From Leucoraja ocellata (taxonomy: Eukaryota): a stretch of DNA of 64,000 nucleotides. Where the stretch lies: contig JAWMAR010000201.1 in the NCBI GenBank assembly GCA_036785375.1, positions 124,001-188,000 of the forward strand. The letters run 5' to 3'. The notes under the pieces are model-generated. The model did no database searches. It was not told the origin of the DNA and saw only the letters and a program-made list of their open reading frames with translations. Positions 63,151-64,000 of the stretch are shown here, one piece after another; the stretch's first letter is position 1, and every line of letters starts with the position of its first letter. The translations under genes and the position numbers were made by a program.

Positions 63151-64000
63151 TTACAGGTGGGAAGGGGGAGGGGGGGAGGGGGAGAGTGAAGGAAATGGGA
63201 AGGAAGGAGGGGAGGAGGGGATGTCCGGTCATTACAGACAAACTGGCAATTTCATCACAGAACAAACACAAGTGGAAACCTTTGCAGCCGCCTTTGGTTC
63301 CAGGAACTGTCCGCTGTTTCTTGGGATCATTGGTTGGGCACAGGCTCTCTTCTGATTCTGTGTCCACGGCGCTCTCCCTTCCCGGTCTCACCTGCTCGAC
63401 TCGCAGTTACAACACCTCACCTCCTCAAACCCTCTTCTCCTTCCCAGACTCTCTCTCACTCCAACCTCAGTCCTTCGACCTCCTCCCGGCTTCCCGACCC
63501 CTGATCACTCTGTCACCTGCCATTCCCAATCAACATTCTCTTCCTCTCTCCCCATCAGGCAGCCTCCATTCCCATGCTCACCCAATCTACAGCCCCACCC
63601 AGCCATCCTCACTCTACTCTTTACACCTCCAGACCTCCTTCTGCTCTGCCCTTCCCCCACTCTCTGTCCCTATGATCCTCCCTCATTCATCTGTCCTTCC
63701 CCCATGCCAACCATCTTCCTTCTAACCCCTCCATCTCCCTTCTTATTCCTGAGACCTCTGCCCACCCACCCCCTACCCCCCACCCGAACCCTCTACATCC
63801 ATTTCCTCTTATCCTTTGTCACTTCTCTCTATCTCTCCTCCCTATCCGTCCCTCACCCTCCCCACCTCTGGCTGCCATAACTCTTCTCACCCTCCCGACC
63901 TTCCTGCTGACTTCCCTTTGTAGAGTAGGGAGTGCGAGAGGGGAAGTACGGAGAGATGTGCTGGGATGGAGAGGGACCGGAAAGAGAAAATGGGGAAGAG

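Overview
This window is eukaryotic, repeat-rich vertebrate DNA, not prokaryotic. The repeat content (several CR1/HER1-type LINE families, HE1-type SINEs, Penelope, Rex-Babar) points to a cartilaginous fish, probably a skate or ray (inference). Most entries in the ORF track are retroelement fragments or low-complexity artefacts. Reading splice sites by hand reveals two divergently transcribed immunoglobulin-superfamily receptor genes. (1) A minus-strand six-exon gene (14560 to 882, 279 aa) encodes a signal peptide, one SLAM/CD2-type C2 Ig domain, a Cys-rich transmembrane segment and a tail with two complete ITAMs plus a degenerate third. This architecture is unusual, and the TM-exon donor contains an in-frame stop that could give a tailless isoform. 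(2) A plus-strand SLAM/CD2-family receptor (44901 to 53720, leader exon not found) has V+C2 domains, a TM, an ITSM (TVYAQV) and an ITIM-like motif (SVYDTI). Between them lie a full-length I/Nimb-type LINE with a perfect 13-bp TSD and a nested CR1, an L1 3' fragment flanked by a ~102-bp duplication, and HERO, Tx1, Penelope, Rex-Babar, Tc1 and MITE-like elements. Positions 106-429 are an assembly gap.
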